Source: Mobula birostris
Taxonomy: Eukaryota
NCBI RefSeq assembly: GCF_030028105.1
Contig: NC_092374.1
Location: forward strand, 9,042,998 to 9,106,997
Length of the DNA: 64,000 nt
Direction of reading: 5' to 3'
This document shows, piece by piece, positions 1 through 10,372 of the stretch; the first letter of the stretch is position 1, and every line of letters starts with the position of its first letter. The position numbers were made by a program, and so were the translations under genes. The notes beneath the pieces are model-generated. The model had not been told where the DNA came from. It saw only the letters and a program-made list of their open reading frames with translations, and did not search any database.

Positions 1-225
1 CAGAATTTCTCTCATTCATGCTCTGTCTCTTTTGCTCTCTCTCAGATACATTCTCTCTCTCATTTTCACTCACTCTCACTCTTCCTCGTGCTCTCACTTT
101 CTTGCAGTCTCTCTCTCTCTTTCTCACACACTATCTCTCTGTCTCTTGCTCTCTCTCTCGGGAATGCTTTCTCATGCGTGTATTCTCTGCTACATGCACC
201 ACATTCTCTCTCCCTTCAGCCCTTT
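1..225. repeat. Degenerate (CT)n-rich low-complexity tract
   Basis: Long pyrimidine-rich run of ctct/cact units. It explains the L/S-rich spurious ORFs at 18-478. Confidence 0.9.
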
Positions 226-304
226 ACTTCCGCCGCCCTTTCGTCCAACTGGCTACGCGCTCCCCAAAGGTCCTTTTATCAATATTGAAACAAGTTTGAT
301 GCAT

Positions 305-1965
305 GCGAGGCAGCACACAATGCTCTGGAGGAAGTATGCAGGCCAGGCAGCATCTACAGACGGGAATAAACAGTCAATATTTCGGTCTGAGATCCTTCCT
401 CAGGACTGCAAAGGAAAGGGAAAGGCGGTCCGAATAAGAAAGTTGGGGGAGCGGAGGAAGAAATCAGGTGATAGGTGAAACCAGGAGAGGGGGAAGGGAG
501 CGGCATGGGGTGAAGCAAAGAGCTGGGAGAGGGTTAGAAAACCATGGAAGAAAGGAAAGGAGGAGGAGCAGCGGATGGAGATGATTGGCAAATAAGAAGA
601 GAAGGTGTGGGAGGGAAAGAAAAATGGGGAATGGTGAACAAAAGGTGGGGAAAACAATTGCCGAAAGTTCGTGAAATTGATATTCATGTCATCAGGTTGG
701 AGGCTATCCAGACAGAATATAATGTGTTTCTCCTCCAAACTGAGTGTGGCCTCATTGTAGTAGTAGAGGAGGCCATGGACTGACATGTTGAAATGTTAAT
801 AGGAAGTAGAATTGAAATGGGTGGCTCCCGGGATATCCTCACTTTTCTGGCAGACAGAGTGTAGGAATTTGGCGAAATTGTCTCCTAATCTATATCGGGT
901 CTCAGTAATATACAGGAGGCCACACCAGGAACAGTAGATGACACCAACTGACTCACGGATGAAGTGCTTCTTAACCTGGAAGATTGTGATTGAGGAGATC
1001 TAGGGGCAAACATGCCACTTGTTCTACTTCCAAGGAGAGGTGTCGGTGGGGAGATTGGTCAGGAGAGGTGAGTGGACAAGAGAGTTGTGTAGGGACCGAT
1101 CTCTGCGGCAAGTGTTTGCGAGAGAAAGATGTGCTTGGTGGTGTGATCCTGTTGGAGATAGTGGAGTTACAGAGAATTATATGCTGGATGCGAAGGCTTG
1201 TGGGGTGATAACTGAGGACAAGTGGAACACTATCCCTGGTGTGGCAATGGGAGGATGAGGTGAGGGCAGATGTGCACGAAATGCAAGAGATACAGGAGAG
1301 GGCAGCATTGAAGGTGGAGGAAGGGAAGCCCCGTTCTTTGAAGTAGGACATCTCAGTTCTTTCTAGAAGGTAAAGCTTCATCCTGCGATGCAGTGGATAC
1401 AGAGATCTGAGAAAAGGGAATGGCATTTTTACAAGAGATTGTTTGTGAAGAGGTATAGTCAAGACAGCTGTAAGAAACAATCAGTTTATAAAAGGTATCA
1501 GCAGATAGATTGTCTCCAGAGATAGAGAGATTGAGAAAGGGGAAAAAGGTGTCAGAAATAGACCAAGTGAGTTTGAGGGCAGGGTGGAAGTTGGAGCAAA
1601 ATTCATTAAATTGATGAGTTTAGCATCAGTGCAGGAGGCAGCTCCAATATTATCGTCAATGTAGTATTGGAAGAATTGGAGAGCAGTGCCGGTGTAGGCT
1701 TGGAAAATGAACTGTTCCACGTTGCCAATAAAAAGTCAGGTATAGCTGGGACCCATGCAAGTGCTGTGGTTATACCTTGGGTTTGAAAGAAGTGGAGGAG
1801 ATGAAGGAGAAATTGTTGAAGGCGAGGACCAGCACTGCCAGATGAAGGAGAGTGGCGGTGGAGAGGCACTAGTTGGGTCTGTTGTCCAGAAAGAAATGGA
1901 GAGCTTTAAAGTTTTCCTGATGGGAGATAGAAGTATATAGGGACTGGACATGCATACTGAATAAA
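305..1965 (-). mobile_element. Penelope-like element (PLE), degenerate RT + GIY-YIG endonuclease + pLTR
   Basis: Minus-strand fragments encode STCMGPSY (RT motif), FFQYYIDD (catalytic YIDD) and the GIY-YIG C-terminus HGLLYYYNEATLSLEEKHIIFCLDSLQPDDMNINFTNFR. The pLTR has a hammerhead-like core at 371-408. Confidence 0.85.
371..408 (-). ncRNA. Minimal hammerhead ribozyme-like motif in a PLE pLTR (variant)
   Basis: Minus strand reads AGTC-CTGAGGA-AGGATCTCAGACC-GAAA-TAT-T-GACT. Core CUGANGA/GAAA and stem I AGTC/GACT are present; stem II is imperfect. Confidence 0.5.
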
Positions 1966-3476
1966 TACATGTGTTCTTTTATAGATATGGAAACATTTGA
2001 TAAATGTATTTTGTGCCCTAACATTTAACTGTTGTAGTCCTAAGTAAATAGAGTGAAGAGGTGTAAGGAATGCTTGCCTTCATCAGTCAGGACATCGAGT
2101 ATAAAAGTTAGGTTGGGTCATATTTGTGGTACTGTATGCAGTTATGGTTGCCACACTACAGGAAGTATGTGGAGGCTTTGCACAGAGTGCAGAAGACGTT
2201 CACCAGGATGCTGCCTGAATTACAGAGATTGGTTAAACTTTAATTGTTGCTCTGCAGAATCAGAGGCCAAGAGGCAACCTGATAGAAGAATATAGATTTA
2301 TGACTGGCATTGAATAAGTTGTAAAGTTCTTTTTCCAAGGGTGTACATGACACATATGAGAGTGAGGTGAGAGAAGGAAAGTTTAAAGGAGATTTAGAAG
2401 ATAAATCTGCAGATGCTGGAAGTCTTGAGGAACACACATAAAGAGCTTGAGAAACTCAGCAGGTCAGTGATAAAGGGAGGAATAAAAAGTTGATGTCTGG
2501 GGCTGAGAGCCTTCATCAGGAGGTTTTTTTACACAGACAGTGGCAAGTGCCTGAAGTGCACTGCCAAGATGATGTGGTAGAACCAGACAAGATATGCATT
2601 TGGCATAATCATATGGGCACATGAAAAGGCAGGGAATGAGGGAATAGAGAGGTGTTGATCATGTTCTGGCAGATGGGATTGGATTAATTTGGTAATCAGT
2701 GTTAGTGGCTCGGTGTTCTTTGTTCTTTTCTAGGGGATCTGCTCTGCACCTTGGAGAAGGTTCAGAGGAGGTTCATGAGAATTGTCCAGAGAATGAAACA
2801 GTTAATGTATGATGTCTCTGTGCCTGTACTCACTGGAGTTTAGATTGAGTCCTGATTGTAACCTATCAGATATTGAAAGGCCTAAGTAGAATGGACGGGC
2901 AGGGTATGATTTCACTAGTGGGATAATCGAGGACCCAAGGGCAGAGCAGAGCCTCAAAATACAAGGATGACCCTTGAGAACAGAGCCCCTTCCCTTAATA
3001 AATTGGAAACCAAACTCATTAGGGAAAAAGCACCAGATTTTTTAGTATTTTTTCCATGATGTATTGGGTAAATTTTATTTTCACGGAGAAATCCATCTTT
3101 GTGTACAAGTCAAGAAATACTAGTTTACAAGTGCATGTTTGAAGGGAAAGATGATCCTTCAGTTGCTACTGTTGGGGCTCCAGTTAAAGGAACCGATGTA
3201 ATTTTCACATTGAACGCCATTCAATGTCATTGGGAACTAGATCTGCTGGGATCTGCTCCCCTACTAGAACTCCCGCACTCCTTTCACTCAAGAACCCGCA
3301 CCCGTGGTTCACTTAAGCCCCTCTGGACATTTTGTTCATTTAAAGTGACCTTTCGATGCTTACGCAACAGCAAACACTTCCATTGCATACTTGCACGGTA
3401 GAATATCCCTCAAACCCCTCCGGACACTTCGTGACCTTATGGAACAGCATCAACAACAAACGCTTACACGGCATAC

Positions 3477-3690
3477 ACGGTACTGTTGCGGTTAGGACAA
3501 CGCTTTACAGCGCCAGCGACACGCGTTCAATTCCCACCACTTGTTCATTCTCCCCATGACCTCAGGGTGTTCCAGTTTACTCCCGCATTCCAAAGACGTA
3601 CTGGTTAGTAGGTTAACTGGTCACACAGTGTGACTGGACTGCGCGAATTTGGGTCAAAAGCGTCTGTTACCGTGCTGTACCTAGAAAATT
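3477..3690 (+). mobile_element. tRNA-derived SINE (V-SINE/HE1-like); related copies at about 7480-7720 (+), 7725-7930 (-), 10880-11145 (-), 11640-11860 (-), 22820-23030 (+), 23720-23920 (+), 40140-40300 (+)
   Basis: tRNA-like head (gcggttag...gttcaattccc) followed by the conserved ttctccccatgacc/gtgggtttcctcc...ggtttcctcccaca core. Confidence 0.75.
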
Positions 3691-4171
3691 AAAATTAAAG
3701 TTAAAAATGTAGCATTAGTAACACAGTCAAACGTCTCCAGGGTCCAGACGGGATCTATAGCTGAACTTGGGAATACTGTGAACATACATCTACTGTTGCT
3801 TCTGGACACATCTTCAGTGATGTTCCTGGAATCATCGGGTGTTTTGGGTCTTTCAACATCATACACCCTCCTCCAGGTGACCCAGCCGGGGCTGATCAGA
3901 CCACGTCTCCAGTGTCCAGACGGGTTCGATAGCTAAACTTGGGAATAGATGGTAGTGGATGATTAAATTCAGCAATATTTCAAGGAGCAGTATTGGAGTG
4001 GTTGGGAGATTTTGGAGTCCTGCTCCACCCTCGCGTCAGCGGAAGAATCACTGGGCCTTGTTTTGGCGCCGGAAATAGTTGATAAACAAGAAAACAGAAG
4101 CATTACACAGCCCACCCACCCACAAGTGAAAACCTCAATAGAAATGTTTTTCACCTTTGTGTCTTTGACAG

Positions 4172-4239
4172 GTTTCTGTCAGCGTGGAATCTGTGTTGAT
4201 TCCAGTGTAGCGATGGTGTGAAATCACAAACAGAGCCAG
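4172..4239 (+). pseudogene. Frameshifted juxtamembrane cytoplasmic exon of an upstream paralogous receptor gene
   Basis: Acceptor tttgtgtctttgacag and donor gtaatg match those of exon 23471-23542. It is 68 nt versus 72 nt; a 1-nt deletion gives GFCQRGICVDSSVAMV* with TGA at 4219-4221. Confidence 0.75.
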
Positions 4240-5099
4240 GTAATGGTGAGGGGGATGGGGGGGGGGGGTCGGGTGGAGGGGAAAATCCGCCTTCACATTG
4301 AGGACATACTTGATAAAGCAGAGCAGAGCTCAAATACCTGTTTATTCACCATCTCTTCCAGCGTCACGCCACAGGAATCTCGCGGCTGGATCACCAGAGC
4401 CACTCCCCCTGAAGTCAGTTGTTCGGTCGGGTTATAAACAGTAGTGTCTCGCATGTACCTTGCGCTGCATGCTGAGCGGTCGCATCATCGGTTGGTATGA
4501 AGGCTTCAGGCACAGCATCGCAAGAGGCTGGAGAGTGTTAAAGCGTTAGCCGCTTTCTTCCCAGCATCGAGGCTATCTTCAATGGGCGGTGCCTTGAGGA
4601 AGGTGCATCCATGCGGGGGGACATGACCTCTTCGCCTTACCACCATTGTACAGCAGGTCCAGCAGCCTGAAGGCCCACACTTCAATGAGGAACAGCTTCT
4701 TCCCCTCCATCATCAGATTGCTGAATTGTCCACGAACGCAAATTTACTTTTCCTCCCTTCTGCAATTTATTTAGTAGTTTTTATGTATTCATGATATTGC
4801 CTTGTACTGCTGCCAAAAAACAGAATTTCGGTATCAATATGTGTTGCAATCTTTAGTTTACTTTATATTAGATCATAAGCAATGACTAATAACAATTTGG
4901 CTTGCTCCTTCCTGATTTGCCGCACTGAGAATTTTTTAAAACTTTTTCCATTTCGGACATGACTGATGTATGTTATAGACTTGGAATGTTGGTTGTCCAT
5001 CTGGTGATGCACCGCCGGCAGTTCAACAGCCTTTGTAGCAGCTTTCAGTTCCACACATTACAGGCGCTGTGGACTGGGTCACCGCAGCAAAATGTGTCA

Positions 5100-5249
5100 A
5101 AATGGACTTCCTCATCTGAAGCTAACCATTGATATTGCAAAGCCTCTCAAGTGTTTTTAACCACAAAGTTCAGGAAACTGCAAGGAGTCTTCTTTCCACC
5201 AAGCCTGCAAAGAGACCAGTGGTGCTTGAGAGCTTACCGAGAGAAGAGA
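5100..5249 (+). promoter_or_regulatory. Putative TATA-less leukocyte-type proximal promoter/5' region
   Basis: ACTTCCTC (PU.1/ETS, reverse GAGGAAGT) at 5106-5113, ATTGCAA (C/EBP-like) at 5134-5140, AACCACA (RUNX) at 5159-5165 and CAGGAA (ETS) at 5171-5176, all within 150 nt of the ATG. Motif matching only. Confidence 0.35.
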
Positions 5250-5298
5250 ATGCTATTCTTTCTACTTAGCGCCATTGTCCTGAGTGTCTCTGCAGTGT
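5250..5298 (+). CDS. Siglec-15-like receptor exon 1: signal peptide MLFFLLSAIVLSVSAV
   Basis: ATG with purine at -3, 16 mostly hydrophobic codons and a perfect GTAAGT donor in phase 1, matching the phase-1 acceptor at 9992. Confidence 0.8.
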
Positions 5299-6424
5299 GT
5301 AAGTATCTTGAAATAAAAAGCAGTGAAAGGTTTTTCTGACTGTTTTATCTGTGAAAAGTGTAGGAGCTGGAATGAGTTCGCAGTGGCAACTGAGCAGGTT
5401 CAATTATGGGTCTCATGGACACACACAGTCTTTCAGAATCTGTGCTCTGTGTGTGTGTGCGTGTGTCTGTGTGTGTGTGTGAAGGAAAACTTGAAAAATC
5501 TAATTAAAATGTAATGGTTGGAGTCACCAAGGCTGAATCCTGTTCTGTACCCCACGTCTCTGGAGGGAGAGATTTTTTCTCGAGTGGAACTGTAGGGCGG
5601 TGTGATCCTGGCACTGAGAGTGAGAGATTTTGAAATTGGAACAGATTCTGGGTGATTCCTTCAAGAAAGAGGGTCGGGGCCGGTCGGATTACCAATAGTG
5701 TCTCTGATAGGAGCGTTCAACACCGGAATTGGTGAGGGCTAAAGGAAGAGGGAATTTCAGTGTGAGGGTCACTGAAGCTGGAAGCACCGGTAGATAAGGT
5801 TAAGGAGGCAGACAGGAAACTGGCCTTCATTATCCAGTGCATAGAGTATGAAAGCAGAGAGGTTACGGTACAAATGTATCAACTATTGGGTTAGCCACTT
5901 GCTCTGTGTGCACGTCTGATCACAACTGACAGGGAGGACACAATTGTCCCGGAAACGCTGTAGAGGAGATTCAACACTCTGTCTCCTGAGATGGAGCATT
6001 GGGTGACATCGTTCAAGTTGAAGTTTGATTACAGTTTACCCATACATACCCCCGTTAGTTCTGTAATAGTACTGATAACCTTCCCCCACAAACCAAAAAC
6101 CCCTGGACATTCCCATACAACACGTGTAAAAGAGCCAACGGTTCCGTGTGGGTAAATGAGCAATATGGGTCAGGAACCAGTCCCATTTCATGTCTAATTC
6201 TCGGTGTTAAATATGCTCTTTGACAATATTTCAAGTGTATATATCGATCATTTGGGTTTTTCGAAGCACCGGCAACATTATCCCAACAATCACAACACGC
6301 TGGAGGAACTCAACAGGTCGGACAGCACCCGTGGAAACGATGAGTCGGCGTATCGAGCCGGAACCACGGATGCTGCTCGACCTGCTGAGTTCCTCCAGCG
6401 TGTTGTGAGTGTTGCTTTGACCCC

Positions 6425-7240
6425 AGCATCTGCAAATTATTTTGTGTTTAGCATTATCACAAATCGCCTCTGTATTTTGTACAGTTGTCTCCCTGTTGCA
6501 CTCTCATCCCAATGCTTCTGCCATGTCTCCTCAATACGTGTTTCAATAATGCTCTTGACTTCCGCTTTGCTAAGAGGGATCTGGACCTCTATTATAGACG
6601 ATTTGAGCGATTGTTTAGCTATACTATCCACCTTTTCATTACCCTCCACTGAGCAGGAACCCAAAGAAAGCTTAATTCTACCCGATGTTTGGTCAGTGTA
6701 TATAACTTGCATAGAATCTCCAATAAAATATCTTGTACACTTTCTGATTTTCTTGATTTGATCGGGGTTAATGCAGATAAACTGTCTGAACAGGTTACAG
6801 CCTTTTTGATATTATTTTCTTCTATCCAAGATACTGCACTCAATATTGCTATTAATTCTGTTGTGTACACTGATAAATGGTTTGATGTTCTTTTCCTGAT
6901 ACTAGTTTTGCACTGAGGAATGTAGACTGCAATACCTGTATGGCCAGATCTAGGGTCTTTTGATCCATCCGTAAATATTACAAGTTCATTTCTAATATGC
7001 CATTCTTGTAATATCTGTTTGATTCCATAGTTAGACTTTTTTAAACGTTGTTGCAGGTTTTTATCTACTGTATGCATTGTAAAGAGCCATGCAGGAACAT
7101 CAGATATTGGAACTGTAGGGCTATATTCCATTTCGTGTAGACCATATTTTTGTGTTGCATCCCCAATCCATCCAAAACAATTTTTGAAAAATTTCAAATA
7201 TACTTTATTCAAAAATAAAGTTATATTCAATTACCCATTC
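6425..7240 (-). mobile_element. RNase H-bearing LINE fragment (I/Nimb-like clade)
   Basis: ORF 6619-7230 contains RNase H motifs VIFTDGSK, ELIAILSA, CSDSLSAL and LWVPA. The next frame continues VEGNEKVDSIAK...WQKHWD. Confidence 0.8.
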
Positions 7241-9991
7241 AATGACTGTCAATCCTTTACATATGTTTCCCTTAAGGTCTCTGGATATCCATACTTTTGG
7301 TCACCCACGTGGCACTCTGTTGGTTCACCTTAGCACAACACTGTCAAGGGGTATACTCCCTGCGACCCGACCACTCGTGTCGATTAATTTATTTGTTACA
7401 TGTACATCAAAACATACAGTGAAATGTGTCATTTGCGCCAATGACTAACACAGTCGGAGGATGTGCTGGAAGCCGCTTGCACGTAAGGCGTCACTTTACA
7501 GTACCAGTGACACAGATTCAGTTCCCACTGCTGCCTGTAAGGAGTTTGTACTTTCTTCCTGTGACCGTGTGGGTTTCCTCCCACAGTCCAAAGACCTGCT
7601 GGTTAGTGGGTTAGTTGGTCATTGTAAGTTGCCCCATGATTAGGCTTGGATTAAATTGGCGGTTTGCTGGGTGCCATGGCTCGAAGGGCCTTTTTTCACG
7701 GTATCTCAACAAATAAATAAAAAGTAACGCCATGTCCCAGCACCAACGTGGCATGTTCACAACTCACTAACCCTAACTGGTATGGCTTTGGAGTGTGGAG
7801 GGAAACTGGAACACCCAGAGGAAACCCACAGTTTCAGGGTGTTTGAGAGACAGGGTGAATGTACAAACTCCTGAGAGAAGGAGGCAGGAATTGAATTCTG
7901 AACACTCACACTGTGCAGCATTGTGCTAACCACTATGTCACCGTGCTGCCCTTTCAAATCTGCTCTGATGTCAGTCAGTTATACTGGGACGTGGTGAAGT
8001 GGCCAAACTGTATTGAGAGAGAAAGAGAGAACATTGGCAGGCCAGGTTCCTGTACAGATGGGAAGTGGAAAATGTTATCTGCAGTCAGAATTTCAAAATC
8101 TTGTTGGTGTTGAAAAAAGCTTGTTCTGCTTGCAAGGATGAGAGCCAGATGGGAGATCAGTGGACAGGTGTGAAGGGACAAGGGAGTCACGTGGGAAGTT
8201 CTCCATAACTTCCACCATCTCCAACAGGATCCGACCACCAAGCACAGCTTTCACTCCTTCCCACTTTCAGCCTTCCGCAGGATTGCTCCCTATGTGACTC
8301 CCTTGTCAATTCATCCCTCCCCACTGATCTCCCTCCTGGCACTTATCATTGCATTGAACTTGCATTGAACCCAGGGGTTCTCTCTTCACCACAGTGGCAT
8401 CTTCCTCAATCAGTATTACTGTTCAGTCTGTTGTCCTTTTCTCCTTTCTGAACATCTTCCTTCCAGGAATATCGAGTGCCCAGCCCTACCATTACTGTGA
8501 AAGATGCTGGTAGTCATTGTTACATCCTGTTTTCACACAGCCATTTCTGCCTTTGACTCACCAGCCCCGCTCAAGAACCTTCTGTCTACACTTGCTTCTC
8601 CAGTTACATCTGCCACTCCCAATTCTTTATTCATCTTCATTGTCTTTCTGTTGTCACCTGCCCAATTAGTTCAACCTTTCCCCCACCACATCAGTGACCC
8701 TCTCCCTGATACCCGCTCATCTTGCAAGGGTTTCTCCTGCCCCAAAACTGGTCCAACACCCTACAATTAGAGCAGTAACATTTCAAGGAGCCCTCAAGTG
8801 TTCTAAAGATCTTTATGGTGGAGCAGATGAGACATAAACACAAATAATCCGATTTTATGAGAATGCAAATCTTTAAACATTCCAGAGAGTAGACACTGAT
8901 GATAAATTTACCTCCGAACCCATACCCGAGAGTCATGGAGTCTTGTCTGTTATGGTACACAACTGACCATGCCAGTTTCTGGAGAGTAGACACTCTGACT
9001 CTCTGGATTATGGCTAGCTTGCATGGCCCCTTTAAAGACTCAGGGCTGCACTGCCAATTGGTGGCCATGTATTGACGCCAGGATTTTAATATTTAAAGAG
9101 AACCTGAACAGAGGGTCAGTGCTCAATCACTATTTCAACTTTGGATTCTCATCTTGCATCTCACTGAAAACCCTGTCCTTGTCTCAGCCTCATGTCCTGT
9201 GTCGATTCTAGTCTCGGATACTCCAGCACAAGGGTCCAAACCATCCTTGGCATGGTCTCTCGTTACAATATTACTGGGAAACTTACTCTTCACCCCATCA
9301 AGTTCATGCGAAAAAATGCACCCACTGACATTACTTCTTCATTGATCTCAATTCATTTTCCTCACATTCCCCACAATTCTCCCAGTTTCTATTTCTCACC
9401 AACACACGGGCGGTTTAGAAAAGTCAGTTAAATAACAACCCACTTCTTCTGGATTTTTGTGGAGGGTCTGAGTAGGAGAAGCATCATTTCATCATGTTTA
9501 TTCATTTCCATAGATGCTGCCTGACCTGCTGAGTTCCTCCAGCATTTTATGAGTGTATGTCTACATCAGCTCCACTGTGTGTAGCCATGTCTTACTGTCA
9601 AGTAATTCATTGGAGGGAGCTTCCAGGGAAGTGATGTAAATACGAGGTCTCTCTCTCACCTCAGCTTAGAGCTGTGAGAACCATGGCTCCAGTGAAGAGC
9701 TAGCATGGCCCAGGCAAGGAGAACCTCCTTGGGTTCACAGCCTCCCTTGTTCTATTTCTCTGCGCTTTTGATCTGTTGCAGAGTGACACTGCACAACACT
9801 GTCATAATTCAGCCCCCTTTCAACAGGGCAGAGACTCAGGGTGGGCACATAAATCACCCATGATGGAATGATGGAGCAGAGTCGATGGGCCAAATGGTCT
9901 AGATCTGCTCCTGTGTCTTATAGTCTTAGGACATGGTCCTCTAGTGTCTGTGGCCTCAGCTAGCGTTAATACCACATCTCTGTCTTCACAG

Positions 9992-10372
9992 CCGCTGATA
10001 ATAATGGATGGACCATGGAGATTCCGGACAAGGTGACAGGGAGAGAAGGGAATTCCTTGTTTCTGTTTTGCTTTTTCACTCCCCCTTTCAATGAATACGA
10101 GGGGAACATCAGCATCATTTGGAAGAATGCGAAGGGAAACGTGACATTTTTACATTACACCAATTATCCATCAGCACATGGGTTTGAAAATCACATTTGG
10201 AACAACAAAGACAGTCGCTACCAAATTCTGGGGAACCCACGGAAGAACGATGCTTCAATAGTCATCAAACAACTGAGGAGCGACGAGAATGGAAAGGGAT
10301 TCTGTTGTCAAATTGATTTCACAGAAGAATCAACAGGACAATGTGAAGAAGGTATTCGAACCAAAATAACAG
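9992..10372 (+). CDS. Exon 2: Ig V-set domain 1, strongly Siglec-15-like
   Basis: Acceptor ctctgtcttcacag, donor gtgagg, phase 1-1, 381 nt open. GWTMEIPDKV...LFCFFTPP...YEGNISIIWK...RYQILGNPRKNDASI...FCCQIDF...GIRTKIT parallels the recalled Siglec-15 WSMQVP...LPCTFTHP...RFRLLGNPRRNDLSL...YFCRVEF. Confidence 0.9.

Larger units (their letters stand above)
1985..4325 (+). repeat. Segmental duplication block, paralogous to about 19932-23640
   Basis: Same unique sequence and same order of TE fragments (CR1 piece, pLTR, CR1 tail, SINE, then the exon) in both places, e.g. gtcctaagta(a/g)atagagtgaagaggtgtaaggaatgcttgccttcatcagtcaggac and cttcacattgaggacat. Confidence 0.9.

Noticed and set aside
18-478. 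Three overlapping L/S-rich ORFs
   Set aside because: They are products of CT low-complexity sequence and a pLTR, with no protein signature.
9705-9785. ATG at 9705 (MAQARRTSLGSQPPLFYFSALLICCR) as the leader
   Set aside because: The available GT is phase 0 and weak. The 5250 exon has a better hydrophobic core and a phase-1 GTAAGT donor.
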